This document shows, piece by piece, positions 40,674 to 50,391 of a stretch of DNA of 64,000 nucleotides (its first letter is position 1; every line of letters starts with the position of its first letter). The position numbers and the translations under genes were made by a program. The DNA is from Marinilabiliaceae bacterium (lineage in GTDB: Bacteria > Bacteroidota > Bacteroidia > Bacteroidales > VadinHA17), in the NCBI GenBank assembly GCA_036350795.1, contig JAZBNV010000017.1, forward strand, positions 7,941 to 71,940, in the 5' to 3' direction. The notes beneath the pieces are model-generated. The model was given only the letters and a program-made list of their open reading frames with translations. It was not told where the DNA came from and ran no database searches.

Positions 40674-41786
40674 TTAATCCCTGCGATGAATATAAATATT
40701 TCCGGGACGGGATAGTATTAATCCTGCAAATTCAAGGCTCAGAAGTGCCGGTGAAATGTGCTGTATCTGCCTTCCGGTGATCGAACATAGTTCGTCTGAT
40801 GAAATTCTTGATTTTTCGGCAATTATTTCCAGGATATTTTTTTCAAGTTCGCTCAGTTCAGGTATAAGCCTTGCCTGTTTTGCCCGAAAACTGCCATCGG
40901 GAGTCCAGTTCAGAAAATATTCTATATCAGTACTGTTTTCTACCAGGCTGGCTTTCTGGGATTTCAGCAGCAAATTACATCCTGCCGAATATTTTGATCC
41001 CGGGCTACCGGGAACAGCCAGCACATCCCTGTTATATGATACTGCTATATCGGCTGTTACCATTGCTCCACCTTTAACTCCCGATTCAACCACCAGGGTT
41101 GCATCGGCCAATCCGGCTATTATCCTGTTACGCTTAAGAAAATTATTTCTGTCGGGGCCGGCATCCGAAAGGAAATCAGTAATAAGTCCGCCGGATAGCA
41201 GCATATCCCTTGCTACCTGTGTGTGGGCTGATGGATAGAGGGTTTTAAAACCATGAGCCATAATACCCAGTGTGGGAATATTGTTTGACAGGGAGGCTTT
41301 ATGTGCACAAATATCAATACCATAAGCAAGCCCGCTTACTATTACCAGCCCGGCATGCCTGGATGCCAGGTCACTTATTATTTCACGGCATAATTCTTTT
41401 CCCTGGCGGGTTGCATTCCTCGTTCCCACTATACTCAGAACCTTTACTGCATCAGCTTTTATATCTCCCTTGTAATAGATAAGGATTGGTGCATCAGGAC
41501 ATTCCTTTAACCTGCCCGGATAATTTTCATCCGAAATAAAGGCTGTATTGATACCATACCTGGATATAAAGTCAACTTCTTTTTCTGCCCTTTCGAGCGA
41601 CCTGTTTTCGCTTATTGACCTTGCAATGGAGCTGCCTATGCCTGGAATCCTTATAAGCGAATTATAGGATTCTGAAAATATATCTTCGATATTGCCATAA
41701 TATTCCAGCAGCCTGCGGGCATTAATATCTCCTACTCCGGGTATATTACTGAGGGCAATCTGGTAGAGCAGTTTATTTTCAGACAT
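40674..41786 (-). CDS. dprA: DNA-processing protein DprA (Smf)
   Basis: 370 aa. N-terminal SAM-like domain (IPGVGDINARRLL), Rossmann-like core (VSGLAYGID, GGAMVTA), C-terminal winged helix. Confidence 0.9.
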   Translation of the reverse strand: MSENKLLYQIALSNIPGVGDINARRLLEYYGNIEDIFSESYNSLIRIPGIGSSIARSISENRSLERAEKEVDFISRYGINTAFISDENYPGRLKECPDAPILIYYKGDIKADAVKVLSIVGTRNATRQGKELCREIISDLASRHAGLVIVSGLAYGIDICAHKASLSNNIPTLGIMAHGFKTLYPSAHTQVARDMLLSGGLITDFLSDAGPDRNNFLKRNRIIAGLADATLVVESGVKGGAMVTADIAVSYNRDVLAVPGSPGSKYSAGCNLLLKSQKASLVENSTDIEYFLNWTPDGSFRAKQARLIPELSELEKNILEIIAEKSRISSDELCSITGRQIQHISPALLSLEFAGLILSRPGNIYIHRRD

Positions 41787-41883
41787 GGTACAGCGTTTTT
41801 ATTCCTGCTATAAATATATTAAAAATGCCTGAAAGGTTGAATGGTTTAAAGGTTTATTGGTTTAAAAGTTTAATGGTTGGGAT

Positions 41884-41910
41884 AAAAAAAGGACACGATG
41901 CATCGTGTCC
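41884..41910 (-). terminator. Rho-independent terminator after the second gdh gene
   Basis: On the minus strand, GGACACGATG/CATCGTGTCC forms a perfect 10-bp stem followed by T7. Confidence 0.8.
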
Positions 41911-41938
41911 CTTCAGTCTTATTCAGAGATATGAATTC

Positions 41939-43276
41939 TTACATTACCCCAAGGTCGAGCATAGCATTTGCAACCTTAAGGAATCCTGCAACATTTGCTC
42001 CTTTTACATAGTCAACATATCCATCTTCATCTTTTCCGTATTTAACACAGGCCTCGTGTATGTTGGTCATTATCTCGTGCAGTCTGCCATCAACCTCATT
42101 CCTTCCCCAGTGCAGTTTCAGGGAGTTCTGCGACATTTCGAGTCCTGATGTGGCAACACCGCCGGCATTAGCCGCTTTACCGTGGCCATAGAGAATTTTA
42201 TTCTTCTGAAATATCTCTATTGCTTCCGGGGTACATGGCATATTAGCTCCTTCGCTAACACAGATGCACCCGTTCTCAACCAGTTTTTGTGCGTCTTCAG
42301 CATTGAGTTCATTCTGGGTTGCGCAGGGAAGTGCAATATCACATTTTACCTCCCACGGGTGTTTGCCATCGTGGAACTCTACTCCCTGGAATTCGTAGGA
42401 ATAAGGCTTAACAATATCTTCGTTTGATGAACGAAGTTCGAGCATATATTCAATCTTTTCGCCCGCCACACCTTCCGGATCGTAGATATATCCATCAGGT
42501 CCTGAAAGGGTTACAACTTTACCTCCAAGTTCGGTTACCTTAAGAGCAGCTCCCCATGCAACATTGCCAAAGCCAGAAATAGCAACTGTTTTTCCTTCGA
42601 AGCTTTCACCTATGGTAGCAAGCATCTCCTTGGCAAAATAGACATTGCCGAATCCTGTTGCCTCGGGCCTGATAAGTGAGCCGCCCCAGTTAATACCCTT
42701 GCCGGTAAGTACACCTGTGTGTTCGCGTGCCAGCTTCTTATAAGCTCCGAAAAGGTACCCAATCTCGCGACCTCCAACACCGATATCCCCGGCTGGAACA
42801 TCAGTTTCAGGGCCAATGTATTTCCATAGTTCGAGCATGAAAGCCTGGCAGAACCTCATTATTTCAGTATCTGATTTTCCCTTGGGATTGAAATCAGATC
42901 CTCCTTTACCACCTCCCATAGGCAGGGTGGTAAGTGAGTTTTTAAATATCTGCTCGAATCCAAGGAATTTGAGTATGCTCAGGTTAACACTTGGGTGGAA
43001 TCTTAATCCTCCCTTGTAAGGGCCAATAGCATTGTTAAACTGGATTCTGTAGCCCAGGTTAACATGTACATTGCCTTCGTCGTCCATCCACGGCACCTTA
43101 AAGGTGAACACGCGGTCGGGCTCTATGAGGCGATCTACAATATTGGCTGCCTCGAACTGTGGATTCTCATTGTAAACCTCTTCAATTGATTCAAGAACTT
43201 CCCGTACAGCCTGGAGATATTCCAGTTCGCCGGGGTGCTTCTTCTCAAGATCATTAAGTACCTTATCTACGTTCAT
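41939..43276 (-). CDS. Glutamate dehydrogenase, NAD-type dinucleotide fingerprint
   Basis: 445 aa. Same catalytic motif ([18 protein letters not shown]), but the fingerprint is ISGFGNVAWGA, as in clostridial NAD-GDH. Confidence 0.9.
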   Translation of the reverse strand: MNVDKVLNDLEKKHPGELEYLQAVREVLESIEEVYNENPQFEAANIVDRLIEPDRVFTFKVPWMDDEGNVHVNLGYRIQFNNAIGPYKGGLRFHPSVNLSILKFLGFEQIFKNSLTTLPMGGGKGGSDFNPKGKSDTEIMRFCQAFMLELWKYIGPETDVPAGDIGVGGREIGYLFGAYKKLAREHTGVLTGKGINWGGSLIRPEATGFGNVYFAKEMLATIGESFEGKTVAISGFGNVAWGAALKVTELGGKVVTLSGPDGYIYDPEGVAGEKIEYMLELRSSNEDIVKPYSYEFQGVEFHDGKHPWEVKCDIALPCATQNELNAEDAQKLVENGCICVSEGANMPCTPEAIEIFQKNKILYGHGKAANAGGVATSGLEMSQNSLKLHWGRNEVDGRLHEIMTNIHEACVKYGKDEDGYVDYVKGANVAGFLKVANAMLDLGVM

Positions 43277-43376
43277 TATATCTAAAAATTATAATTAATA
43301 TTTGGGTTTAAATACAAGGCAAAATTGTATCTGTTTTTATCCTTAAAAAATGACTTTACTCATATGCTTTGAACCT

Positions 43377-43853
43377 TTAGTTCAGCTTAGCCTTATCAAG
43401 AGACTCTTTAATGATATTCAGTTCTTTAGCTTTAAGTGAGCCAAGGTGAACAGGGGGGTACATTGCCACCTTCCTGTCGGACCTTCTTTTAAGTACTATC
43501 ATTTTAAGTCCCGGGCCATAATTTTTTATCTCATAGCCAGCAAATTCTCCCTTGGGAATTTCATATGAATTACGTTTTCCCTTAAATGCGCCAGCAGCAT
43601 AAAACCTGAAAACAATGCTGGGCCCGTCGTCAGAAAAATAAATATAACGATACTTTAAAAGTACAGGATAGAATATTACAAGGATATAGGTAAACAGAAC
43701 AAGAAATGTCCACATGCCAATATCAAGGCCCCAGAGCGGAAACTTAAGTCCCTTCTCCAGGTAGGCAAAAAATATCCAGAACAGCAGCAGTACCGTTACG
43801 GCAAATGTTCTGAGTCTTAATGAGATGATTGTTTTGGCATTGTCGATGGTCAT
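43377..43853 (-). CDS. Two-TM membrane protein of unknown function
   Basis: 158 aa. Two N-terminal hydrophobic helices and a basic soluble C-terminal domain. Confidence 0.5.
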   Translation of the reverse strand: MTIDNAKTIISLRLRTFAVTVLLLFWIFFAYLEKGLKFPLWGLDIGMWTFLVLFTYILVIFYPVLLKYRYIYFSDDGPSIVFRFYAAGAFKGKRNSYEIPKGEFAGYEIKNYGPGLKMIVLKRRSDRKVAMYPPVHLGSLKAKELNIIKESLDKAKLN

Positions 43854-43929
43854 CTTTCGAACTCTTTTTACAAACCTAGTTTAAAATTATTATATCTGCA
43901 CTAAAAATTACCATAATCGATCAATGATA

Positions 43930-44373
43930 TCACCTCCTGGCTTCGAAGAATATTTTTAGCAGCGAACTGCATTCTTTCTTTAAAATGCCACTTCTCAATG
44001 CTGTTTTGGGGTGAATAAGCTGAGGAGCAATTGTTGTAAAGCCTCGTTTCGGGTCGGATGCACCATAAACAACTGCCCCCGGCTGAGCCCAGAAAAGTGC
44101 TCCGGCACACATGGCACAGGGTTCGAGTGTTACATACAGGGTGCAATCGCTGAGGTATTTTCCTCCAAGGTAGTCGGCAGCGGCAGTAATAGCCTGCATT
44201 TCTGCATGTGCTGTAGGATCATTTAGTGTTTCAACAAGGTTGTGTGCCCTTGCAATTATTACCTTGTTATATACCACTACAGCCCCAACCGGAACCTCTT
44301 CCTTTTCAAGAGCAGCCTCTGCCTGTTGCAGTGCTGCTTTCATAAAGTGCTCATCTGATGTAATCTTCTCCAA
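43930..44373 (-). CDS. tadA: tRNA-specific adenosine deaminase
   Basis: 147 aa with zinc motifs HAEMQA and LEPCAMCAGAL. Confidence 0.9.
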   Translation of the reverse strand: MEKITSDEHFMKAALQQAEAALEKEEVPVGAVVVYNKVIIARAHNLVETLNDPTAHAEMQAITAAADYLGGKYLSDCTLYVTLEPCAMCAGALFWAQPGAVVYGASDPKRGFTTIAPQLIHPKTALRSGILKKECSSLLKIFFEARR

Positions 44374-44444
44374 TAGCTCTCTGTTTTGTGCAAATGTAAG
44401 AAATTGTTTAGTTGCCTGCCTCTTGGCAGACAGGTTTAGTTGTT

Positions 44445-44493
44445 AACTCTATCAACTTCATAAACTCTTTCAACTTTTTTAAACTCTATCAAC
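44445..44493. repeat. Three copies of the 12-mer AACTCT(A/T)TCAAC at 18-19-bp spacing
   Basis: Copies at 44445-44456, 44463-44474 (one mismatch) and 44482-44493, directly upstream of the aspS -7 box. Confidence 0.85.
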
Positions 44494-44503
44494 CTCTTTT
44501 CCT

Positions 44504-44511
44504 TATCTTTG
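44504..44511 (+). promoter_or_regulatory. -7 promoter box TATCTTTG for aspS
   Basis: Exact TAnnTTTG match 22 nt upstream of the aspS ATG. It is the same octamer as at lepA and miaB. Confidence 0.5.
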
Positions 44512-44533
44512 CATAAATTTTATTCTGAAAGAT

Positions 44534-46285
44534 ATGTATAGGACACACACCTGTGGTGAGCTGAATATCAGCAATGTAGGAGATGAAGTATTACTGAGCG
44601 GATGGATACAGAAATCGCGCGACCTGGGAGGAATGACCTTTATTGACCTGCGCGATCGTTACGGTAAAACCCAGCTGGTATTTAATATGGAAAGTAATGC
44701 TGCTTTATGTGGGCAGGCGAGGAAACTGGGCCGCGAATATGTAATACAGGTAAAAGGTGTGGTGACTGAACGTAGCAATAAGAACCCGAATATGCCTACC
44801 GGCGAAGTAGAGATAGAGGTATCTGTTCTGACTGTCCTGAGCAGGAGTGATGTTCCGCCTTTTACCATTGAGGAAAAAAGCGACGGAGGAGAGGAGTTAA
44901 GGATGAAATACAGGTATCTTGATCTCAGGCGCGAACCTGTAAAGAATAGTATAATACACCGGCACAGGATGGCACAGGAAGTAAGGAAGTATCTCAGTAA
45001 TGAAGGTTTCCTGGAGATTGAAACACCGGTATTAATAAAATCGACACCTGAAGGAGCAAGAGATTTTGTGGTCCCGTCGAGGATGAACCAGGGTGAGTTT
45101 TATGCACTTCCGCAGTCTCCCCAGACCTTCAAACAACTGCTTATGATAGCAGGCTTTGATAAATATTTCCAGATAGTTAAATGTTTCAGGGATGAAGACC
45201 TGAGGGCAGACCGTCAGCCCGAATTTACTCAGATAGATTGCGAAATGTCCTTTGTCGACCAGAATGATATCCTGGATACTTTCGAAGGTATGACAAAGCA
45301 TCTACTAAAGGAAATTAAAGGAATAGAAATAGAGGAAGCCTTTGCAAGAATAAGCTATACGGAAGCTATGGAAAGATACGGATCTGATAAGCCTGACCTG
45401 AGGTTCGGGATGGAATTTATCAATCTTACATCCATAGTAAAGGGTAATGATTTCGAGGTCTTTGATAATGCCGGATATGTTGGTGCAATAAATGCAGCAG
45501 GCTGTGCTGAATATACCAGGAAGGAACTGGACAGGCTTACAGATTTTGTCAGGAGTCAGCAGATCGGTGCAAAGGGCCTGGTATATGTTAAATACAACGA
45601 AGACGGAAGTGTTAAGTCTTCTGTCGATAAGTTTTATTCTGAAGATGATTTAAGAGAGTGGACCAGGTTTGCAGGAGCAGAGCCCGGCGATCTTCTTCTT
45701 ATCCTTGCAGGGGATAAGGATCATACACTTAATGCTCTTGGTGTACTCAGGCTTGAAATGGGCGACAGGTTAAACCTGCGCGACCCGGAGCTTTTTGTTC
45801 CACTTTGGGTGCTGGACTTTCCCCTTCTCGAATGGGACAGTGATACACAGAGGTACTATGCCATGCACCACCCCTTTACTTCACCAAAAATTGAAGATAT
45901 CCCGCTTATGGAAAGCGACCCGGGCAGGGTAAAGGCTATTGCCCACGACCTTGTAATAAACGGAGTGGAGATTGGAGGGGGCTCAGTCAGGATACATGAT
46001 TCTGAGCTGCAGAGCCTGATGTTTAAAACACTTGGATTTACAAAGGAGGAGGCAGAAAAGCAATTCGGCTTTATCCTTAAGGCCTTTAAATATGGGGCCC
46101 CGCCGCATGGAGGAATAGCCCTTGGCTTCGACAGGATGGTATCACTGTTCGATGGTTCTGAAACAATACGCGATTATATAGCCTTCCCGAAAAATAACCA
46201 GGGCAGGGATATAATGATTGATTCACCATCAGGAATATCGGAAGAGCAGCTTGAAGAACTTGGAATACGCCTGGTAAAACCTTAA
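44534..46285 (+). CDS. aspS: Aspartate--tRNA ligase
   Basis: 583 aa. N-terminal OB fold (YRTHTCGEL), class II motifs ([34 protein letters not shown]), GAD insertion domain. Confidence 0.95.
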   Translation: MYRTHTCGELNISNVGDEVLLSGWIQKSRDLGGMTFIDLRDRYGKTQLVFNMESNAALCGQARKLGREYVIQVKGVVTERSNKNPNMPTGEVEIEVSVLTVLSRSDVPPFTIEEKSDGGEELRMKYRYLDLRREPVKNSIIHRHRMAQEVRKYLSNEGFLEIETPVLIKSTPEGARDFVVPSRMNQGEFYALPQSPQTFKQLLMIAGFDKYFQIVKCFRDEDLRADRQPEFTQIDCEMSFVDQNDILDTFEGMTKHLLKEIKGIEIEEAFARISYTEAMERYGSDKPDLRFGMEFINLTSIVKGNDFEVFDNAGYVGAINAAGCAEYTRKELDRLTDFVRSQQIGAKGLVYVKYNEDGSVKSSVDKFYSEDDLREWTRFAGAEPGDLLLILAGDKDHTLNALGVLRLEMGDRLNLRDPELFVPLWVLDFPLLEWDSDTQRYYAMHHPFTSPKIEDIPLMESDPGRVKAIAHDLVINGVEIGGGSVRIHDSELQSLMFKTLGFTKEEAEKQFGFILKAFKYGAPPHGGIALGFDRMVSLFDGSETIRDYIAFPKNNQGRDIMIDSPSGISEEQLEELGIRLVKP

Positions 46286-46419
46286 TGCAGTACCAGTGCC
46301 TGTGTAAATGCTGACCTCAGGGGATATTATTTAAATAGGACAGTATCTGTACTCCCGGTTTATAATTATTTCTTAGATTTGTAATAGATAGAAATATTAA
46401 CAGACAAATCTTAAGTGCA

Positions 46420-47322
46420 ATGGAAACACAAAATAAAAAGAGTTTACTATTTAAACTTTTATTGGTACTGATTCCCATATTAGTGATTAACCTTAATGGG
46501 CATATGCTGTATGGACAGGTTAGTTTTATTGTTTCTGAAGTTTACCAGATAAAACTTGTTGATGGAGCCTCGGTAACCGGAAAGGTTATCTCTCAGACTT
46601 CAACAGAGGTAGTGGTTGAGACCAACACAATGGGAATGGTTACACTTGCCAAACAGAATATAGCTGAAGCGGTTCTCTTATCCGGCCGCGACTCTTCAAG
46701 AGGTTGGTATCCAAATCCCAATCCAACAAAGTACCTGCTTGGGAGTTCTGCCATACCGCAGGAAAAGGGTGATGGGTATTATCAGAATACCTGGGTCTTT
46801 TTCAGTGCTTTTAATTACGCTTTTACCGACTTTTTCAGTATAACAGCCGGGTTTGAGATATTCTCAATACTGGCCGGAGGTGATGGTCCCTTTGTGTATT
46901 ATCTTAATCCCAAGGTGTCATTTGAAGTAGCAGATAATCTCTATCTTGGCGGAAATGTGCTGTATGCAAATACGATACGGACAACATCTGATTTCGGGGG
47001 ACTGGGCACACTAAATGCCTTCGGGACCTATGGGAATGATAACAATAATATTTCACTTGGTGTGGGATGGGGCTTTGTAGAAGGTGATTTTGCGAGCAAA
47101 CCGGTTATTTCGGTCAGCGGAATGGCCAGACTCTCAAAGCGTCTTGCATTTGTATCAGAGAACTGGATAGTACCGGTTGATGATTATTATGGTGTGTTTT
47201 CCTATGGTATAAGGTTCCTGGGGGAAAATACATCTATTGATCTTGCCTTTATTAATAACCCTGATATAGCAAGTGAAATTATTATTGGTATCCCTTTCCT
47301 GGATTTTGTAATTAATTTCTAA
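46420..47322 (+). CDS. Putative outer-membrane beta-barrel protein of unknown function
   Basis: 300 aa. N-terminal hydrophobic signal-like segment, G/Y/F-rich alternating strands, C-terminal Phe (FVINF). Confidence 0.5.
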   Translation: METQNKKSLLFKLLLVLIPILVINLNGHMLYGQVSFIVSEVYQIKLVDGASVTGKVISQTSTEVVVETNTMGMVTLAKQNIAEAVLLSGRDSSRGWYPNPNPTKYLLGSSAIPQEKGDGYYQNTWVFFSAFNYAFTDFFSITAGFEIFSILAGGDGPFVYYLNPKVSFEVADNLYLGGNVLYANTIRTTSDFGGLGTLNAFGTYGNDNNNISLGVGWGFVEGDFASKPVISVSGMARLSKRLAFVSENWIVPVDDYYGVFSYGIRFLGENTSIDLAFINNPDIASEIIIGIPFLDFVINF

Positions 47323-48644
47323 GTAAGAGCCTTAGCGATAAGGGTTGCTGATGTGTAATCAGTGATTTTTACATTTACATAATCTCCCGCTTTAAAATTT
47401 TCGCGGGGGAAGACCACAACTTTGTTCTGAGAGGTCCGGCCGGACAGCTCTTTGTCTGACTTTTTTGAGAGGCCTTCAACAAGTACTTCAAATGTTTTTC
47501 CCATATCCTGCTTTTTGCTTTTTGCAGACATCTGGTTCTGTAATTTAATTATCTCGTTCAGCCTCCTTGTTTTTACCTCTTCAGGAACATCATCAGGATA
47601 CCTGCGTGCCGCCCTGGTATCGGGCCTTTCGCTGTACTTGAACATATATGCAAAATCGTAGCCCACTTCTTTCATCAATGAGAGCGAAGCCTGGTGGTCT
47701 TCTTCGGTTTCTGTGCAAAACCCGGTAATCATATCTGTTGACACCGAGCATTCGGGTAATATGCTTCTGATCGCCTTTATCCTTCCCATATACCATTCCC
47801 GGTCATACTTCCTGTTCATCAGCTTCAGTATCCTGCTGCTTCCGCTCTGGGCCGGAAGGTGAATATGTTTGCAGATATTATCGTAGCGTGCCATAACATG
47901 CAGAACTTTATCTGACATATCTTTAGGGTGCGAAGTTGAGAATCTTACTCTCATCTTTGAAGAGAATCCTGCAAGCATTTCTAGCAAAGATTCAAAGCCG
48001 ATAGTATTACCATCCTTCTCCCACTTATATGAGTCTACATTCTGTCCCAGCAGGGTAACTTCACGATATCCGGCTTCAAATAATTCTGCTGTTTCCTTAA
48101 GTATTGTTTCAGGGTTTCGGCTTCTCTCGGCTCCTCTTACGTAGGGAACAACACAATAGGAGCACATATTATTACAGCCACGCATTATGGATACAAAGGA
48201 TGAAACTCCGTTACGGTCCATCCGCACGGGGGATATATCGGAGTAGGTTTCTTCTCTCGACAAAAGAACGTTTACTCCCTTATGCCCTTCGAATGCTTCT
48301 CCTACGAGCCGCGGCAGGTCGCGGTAGGCATCGGGACCAACAACAATATCAACCATTTTATCGGTTTCGAGAAGCTGTTCTTTAAGCCTTTCGGCCATGC
48401 AGCCAATAACACCTACCAGGGTGCCGGGTTTCTTCCTTTTAATACTCCTGAACAGGTCCAGCCGTCCCCATACCCTTTGCTCTGCATTATCCCTTATCGA
48501 ACAGGTATTTACCAGTATCAGATCGGCATCATTTATATCGTCGCTTACCTTATACCCATTATCTTTCATTATAGATACCACTACCTCGCTGTCTGCCACA
48601 TTCATCTGGCAACCGTATGTTTCGATATATAATTTTCGTTCCAT
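47319..48644 (-). CDS. miaB: tRNA-i6A37 methylthiotransferase
   Basis: 441 aa. N-terminal YIETYGCQMN, radical-SAM CNNMCSYCVVP cluster motif, C-terminal TRAM domain. Confidence 0.93.
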   Translation of the reverse strand: MERKLYIETYGCQMNVADSEVVVSIMKDNGYKVSDDINDADLILVNTCSIRDNAEQRVWGRLDLFRSIKRKKPGTLVGVIGCMAERLKEQLLETDKMVDIVVGPDAYRDLPRLVGEAFEGHKGVNVLLSREETYSDISPVRMDRNGVSSFVSIMRGCNNMCSYCVVPYVRGAERSRNPETILKETAELFEAGYREVTLLGQNVDSYKWEKDGNTIGFESLLEMLAGFSSKMRVRFSTSHPKDMSDKVLHVMARYDNICKHIHLPAQSGSSRILKLMNRKYDREWYMGRIKAIRSILPECSVSTDMITGFCTETEEDHQASLSLMKEVGYDFAYMFKYSERPDTRAARRYPDDVPEEVKTRRLNEIIKLQNQMSAKSKKQDMGKTFEVLVEGLSKKSDKELSGRTSQNKVVVFPRENFKAGDYVNVKITDYTSATLIAKALT

Positions 48645-48685
48645 ATTTCAACTAAACCTGTCACTCAGCTTTTTGTTCGGAGAGG

Positions 48686-48693
48686 CAAAGATA
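48686..48693 (-). promoter_or_regulatory. -7 promoter box TATCTTTG for miaB
   Basis: CAAAGATA on the plus strand, about 42 nt upstream of the miaB ATG. Confidence 0.45.
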
Positions 48694-49144
48694 TAATATA
48701 ATGGCTAATCATAGGAAAAGGGCATTCGAATAGCGAATATCGAACAAGGATTTCTGATTTTTGAAGTGATTGAAAAACCAGCTAGTTAGCAGAACGAGCA
48801 TATATTTATAGTACTAATAACCAATTAGATATGTGTATTGGGATGATTTCTATTTAACATAATGTCAGAAAACTGACTAAAGAATAAGGACGAAAGACAA
48901 AGGGGGATATTCCTGGAACTTTCTGAATTGCCGTTATGCAAGTAGATCGAGAATCTGGCGTCTGGAATCTGAAATCGTTACCTTCTTAAATGCATCCGGT
49001 GGCTGAGCGGCCTGAGCATTGGTTGGTGGGAGTCGAAGCCTGTCGTAATTTAGCAGTATCTAATGAAATTGATTAGCATGCTTAAAGAGAGGAAACTGGA
49101 GGCATATTTTTCAATACTTCTTAATAAGAAGTGCCTTTCAAAGG

Positions 49145-49549
49145 CTACTGTCTATTAACAACGTTGCCTGAAATTGACAGCATCTTAGGCGAATCACTGC
49201 CATTAAAATATACTAGTACATTTTCTTGAAAGGTTTTTGCGTACGGTGAAGAGTATTTGATTATAATCTCATTACTTTCGCTGGTTTTAATGGAATTACT
49301 ATTCCAGTCAATCACTTGACAATTACATGAAGGAACGACCTTGTTGATTATTAAATCTGCACGTCCTACATTCTTAAATTTGAAAGTATATTCAAATGTG
49401 TCATATACTTCCAAATTCAGCGAATCATATGAGGACCTTTCAAAATTAATCTTTGTCAAGCTCCTATTCTTTTCTGATGAACAAGAATAGACAAGGATAT
49501 ACAATACTATGATAAGCACATATCTTTGCATATTATTGGTTGAAATCAA
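49145..49549 (-). CDS. DUF1573-domain lipoprotein
   Basis: 134 aa. Lipobox LVYSC. DUF1573-type core YTFKFKNVGRADLIINKVVPSCNC. An alternative ATG at 49531 would remove the 17-nt overlap with the upstream gene. Confidence 0.65.
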   Translation of the reverse strand: MISTNNMQRYVLIIVLYILVYSCSSEKNRSLTKINFERSSYDSLNLEVYDTFEYTFKFKNVGRADLIINKVVPSCNCQVIDWNSNSIKTSESNEIIIKYSSPYAKTFQENVLVYFNGSDSPKMLSISGNVVNRQ

Positions 49550-49856
49550 ATAACATTATATGTTTAGCAGTCGTATCAACTTGCACAGTATCTTTGTATG
49601 TTATAATATATGCACCGTATTTACCTTTTTTACCGTATTTTAATACTGCAACGGAATCTGGAATATATCTTATACTTTCTACCAAAGGATAATTTACTGA
49701 ATCACGAAATTCTGTTTGATTCCAGAGTTTCTGTGTTTTCCCAATAATAATAAACATTTTTTTTTCGATCGACCTTTTAACATCTTGCTTAGAAGAACTC
49801 AAAATAGGGACTATCAAGATTGCTAGAATTACTATTAACATTCTTTTTTTTATCAT
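49533..49856 (-). CDS. Small secreted protein of unknown function
   Basis: 107 aa with an SPI-like signal peptide MIKKRMLIVILAILIVPILSSS. Overlaps the upstream ORF by 68 nt. The alternative ATG at 49757 would give a 74-aa protein without a signal peptide. Confidence 0.45.
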   Translation of the reverse strand: MIKKRMLIVILAILIVPILSSSKQDVKRSIEKKMFIIIGKTQKLWNQTEFRDSVNYPLVESIRYIPDSVAVLKYGKKGKYGAYIITYKDTVQVDTTAKHIMLFDFNQ

Positions 49857-50391
49857 CTTTTTGTCGCTTTATTATGTTTTTATATTTAATCAATATATTT
49901 GGGTTCAAGATCGGATTTCCAATCCCAAGAACCCTATTAGTAGAATCTAAAAGCATTGTATGGAGGTTACTATCTTCCTCCAGATCATTGTGTTTTCTAA
50001 ACTCATCATTTGGATCATAAATAATTGGGTAGTTAAAACGGATCTTCAAGCTATTAACATTGTTGAAGTAAATACTATCTGGCACAACAACGTAAATATA
50101 GTAAGAAATAGTTCCTTTCAGAGAAACATCTTCTATTAGCCTTTGCCATTCTTTAAGTTGAAGCAAACATGAATAACAGTGCCCATTGATTCTAGTCACT
50201 ATTTTTAAACCATCTTGATTTATGCTTTTCAAAGCATTTTCTTTTTGATTTGGTAAGATTATTTGTTTGCCATACCATTTATTTTCAATATCATTTTCCT
50301 CGCTCTTAGTATTACTATTGCATGCTACAACCAATAAGATATGAGAACATATTACTAAAAACAGTATTCTATTATAGATTGGGTAATTCAT
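49789..50391 (-). CDS. Lipoprotein with a thioredoxin-fold-like CxxC motif
   Basis: 200 aa. Lipobox LLVVAC. The strand-CxxC-helix pattern KIVTRINGHCYSCLLQLKEWQRL suggests a TlpA/redoxin-like fold. Lys/Asn-rich tail. Confidence 0.5.
   Translation of the reverse strand: MNYPIYNRILFLVICSHILLVVACNSNTKSEENDIENKWYGKQIILPNQKENALKSINQDGLKIVTRINGHCYSCLLQLKEWQRLIEDVSLKGTISYYIYVVVPDSIYFNNVNSLKIRFNYPIIYDPNDEFRKHNDLEEDSNLHTMLLDSTNRVLGIGNPILNPNILIKYKNIIKRQKDDKKKNVNSNSSNLDSPYFEFF

Noticed and set aside
41825-42148. 107-aa plus-strand ORF
   Set aside because: It starts in the tandem-repeat spacer, runs through the gdh terminator hairpin, and continues antisense into gdh. It is an artefact.
43901-44146. 81-aa minus-strand ORF overlapping tadA
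   Set aside because: It is an alternative frame of the well-supported tadA gene, and its translation is Cys/Arg-rich and implausible.
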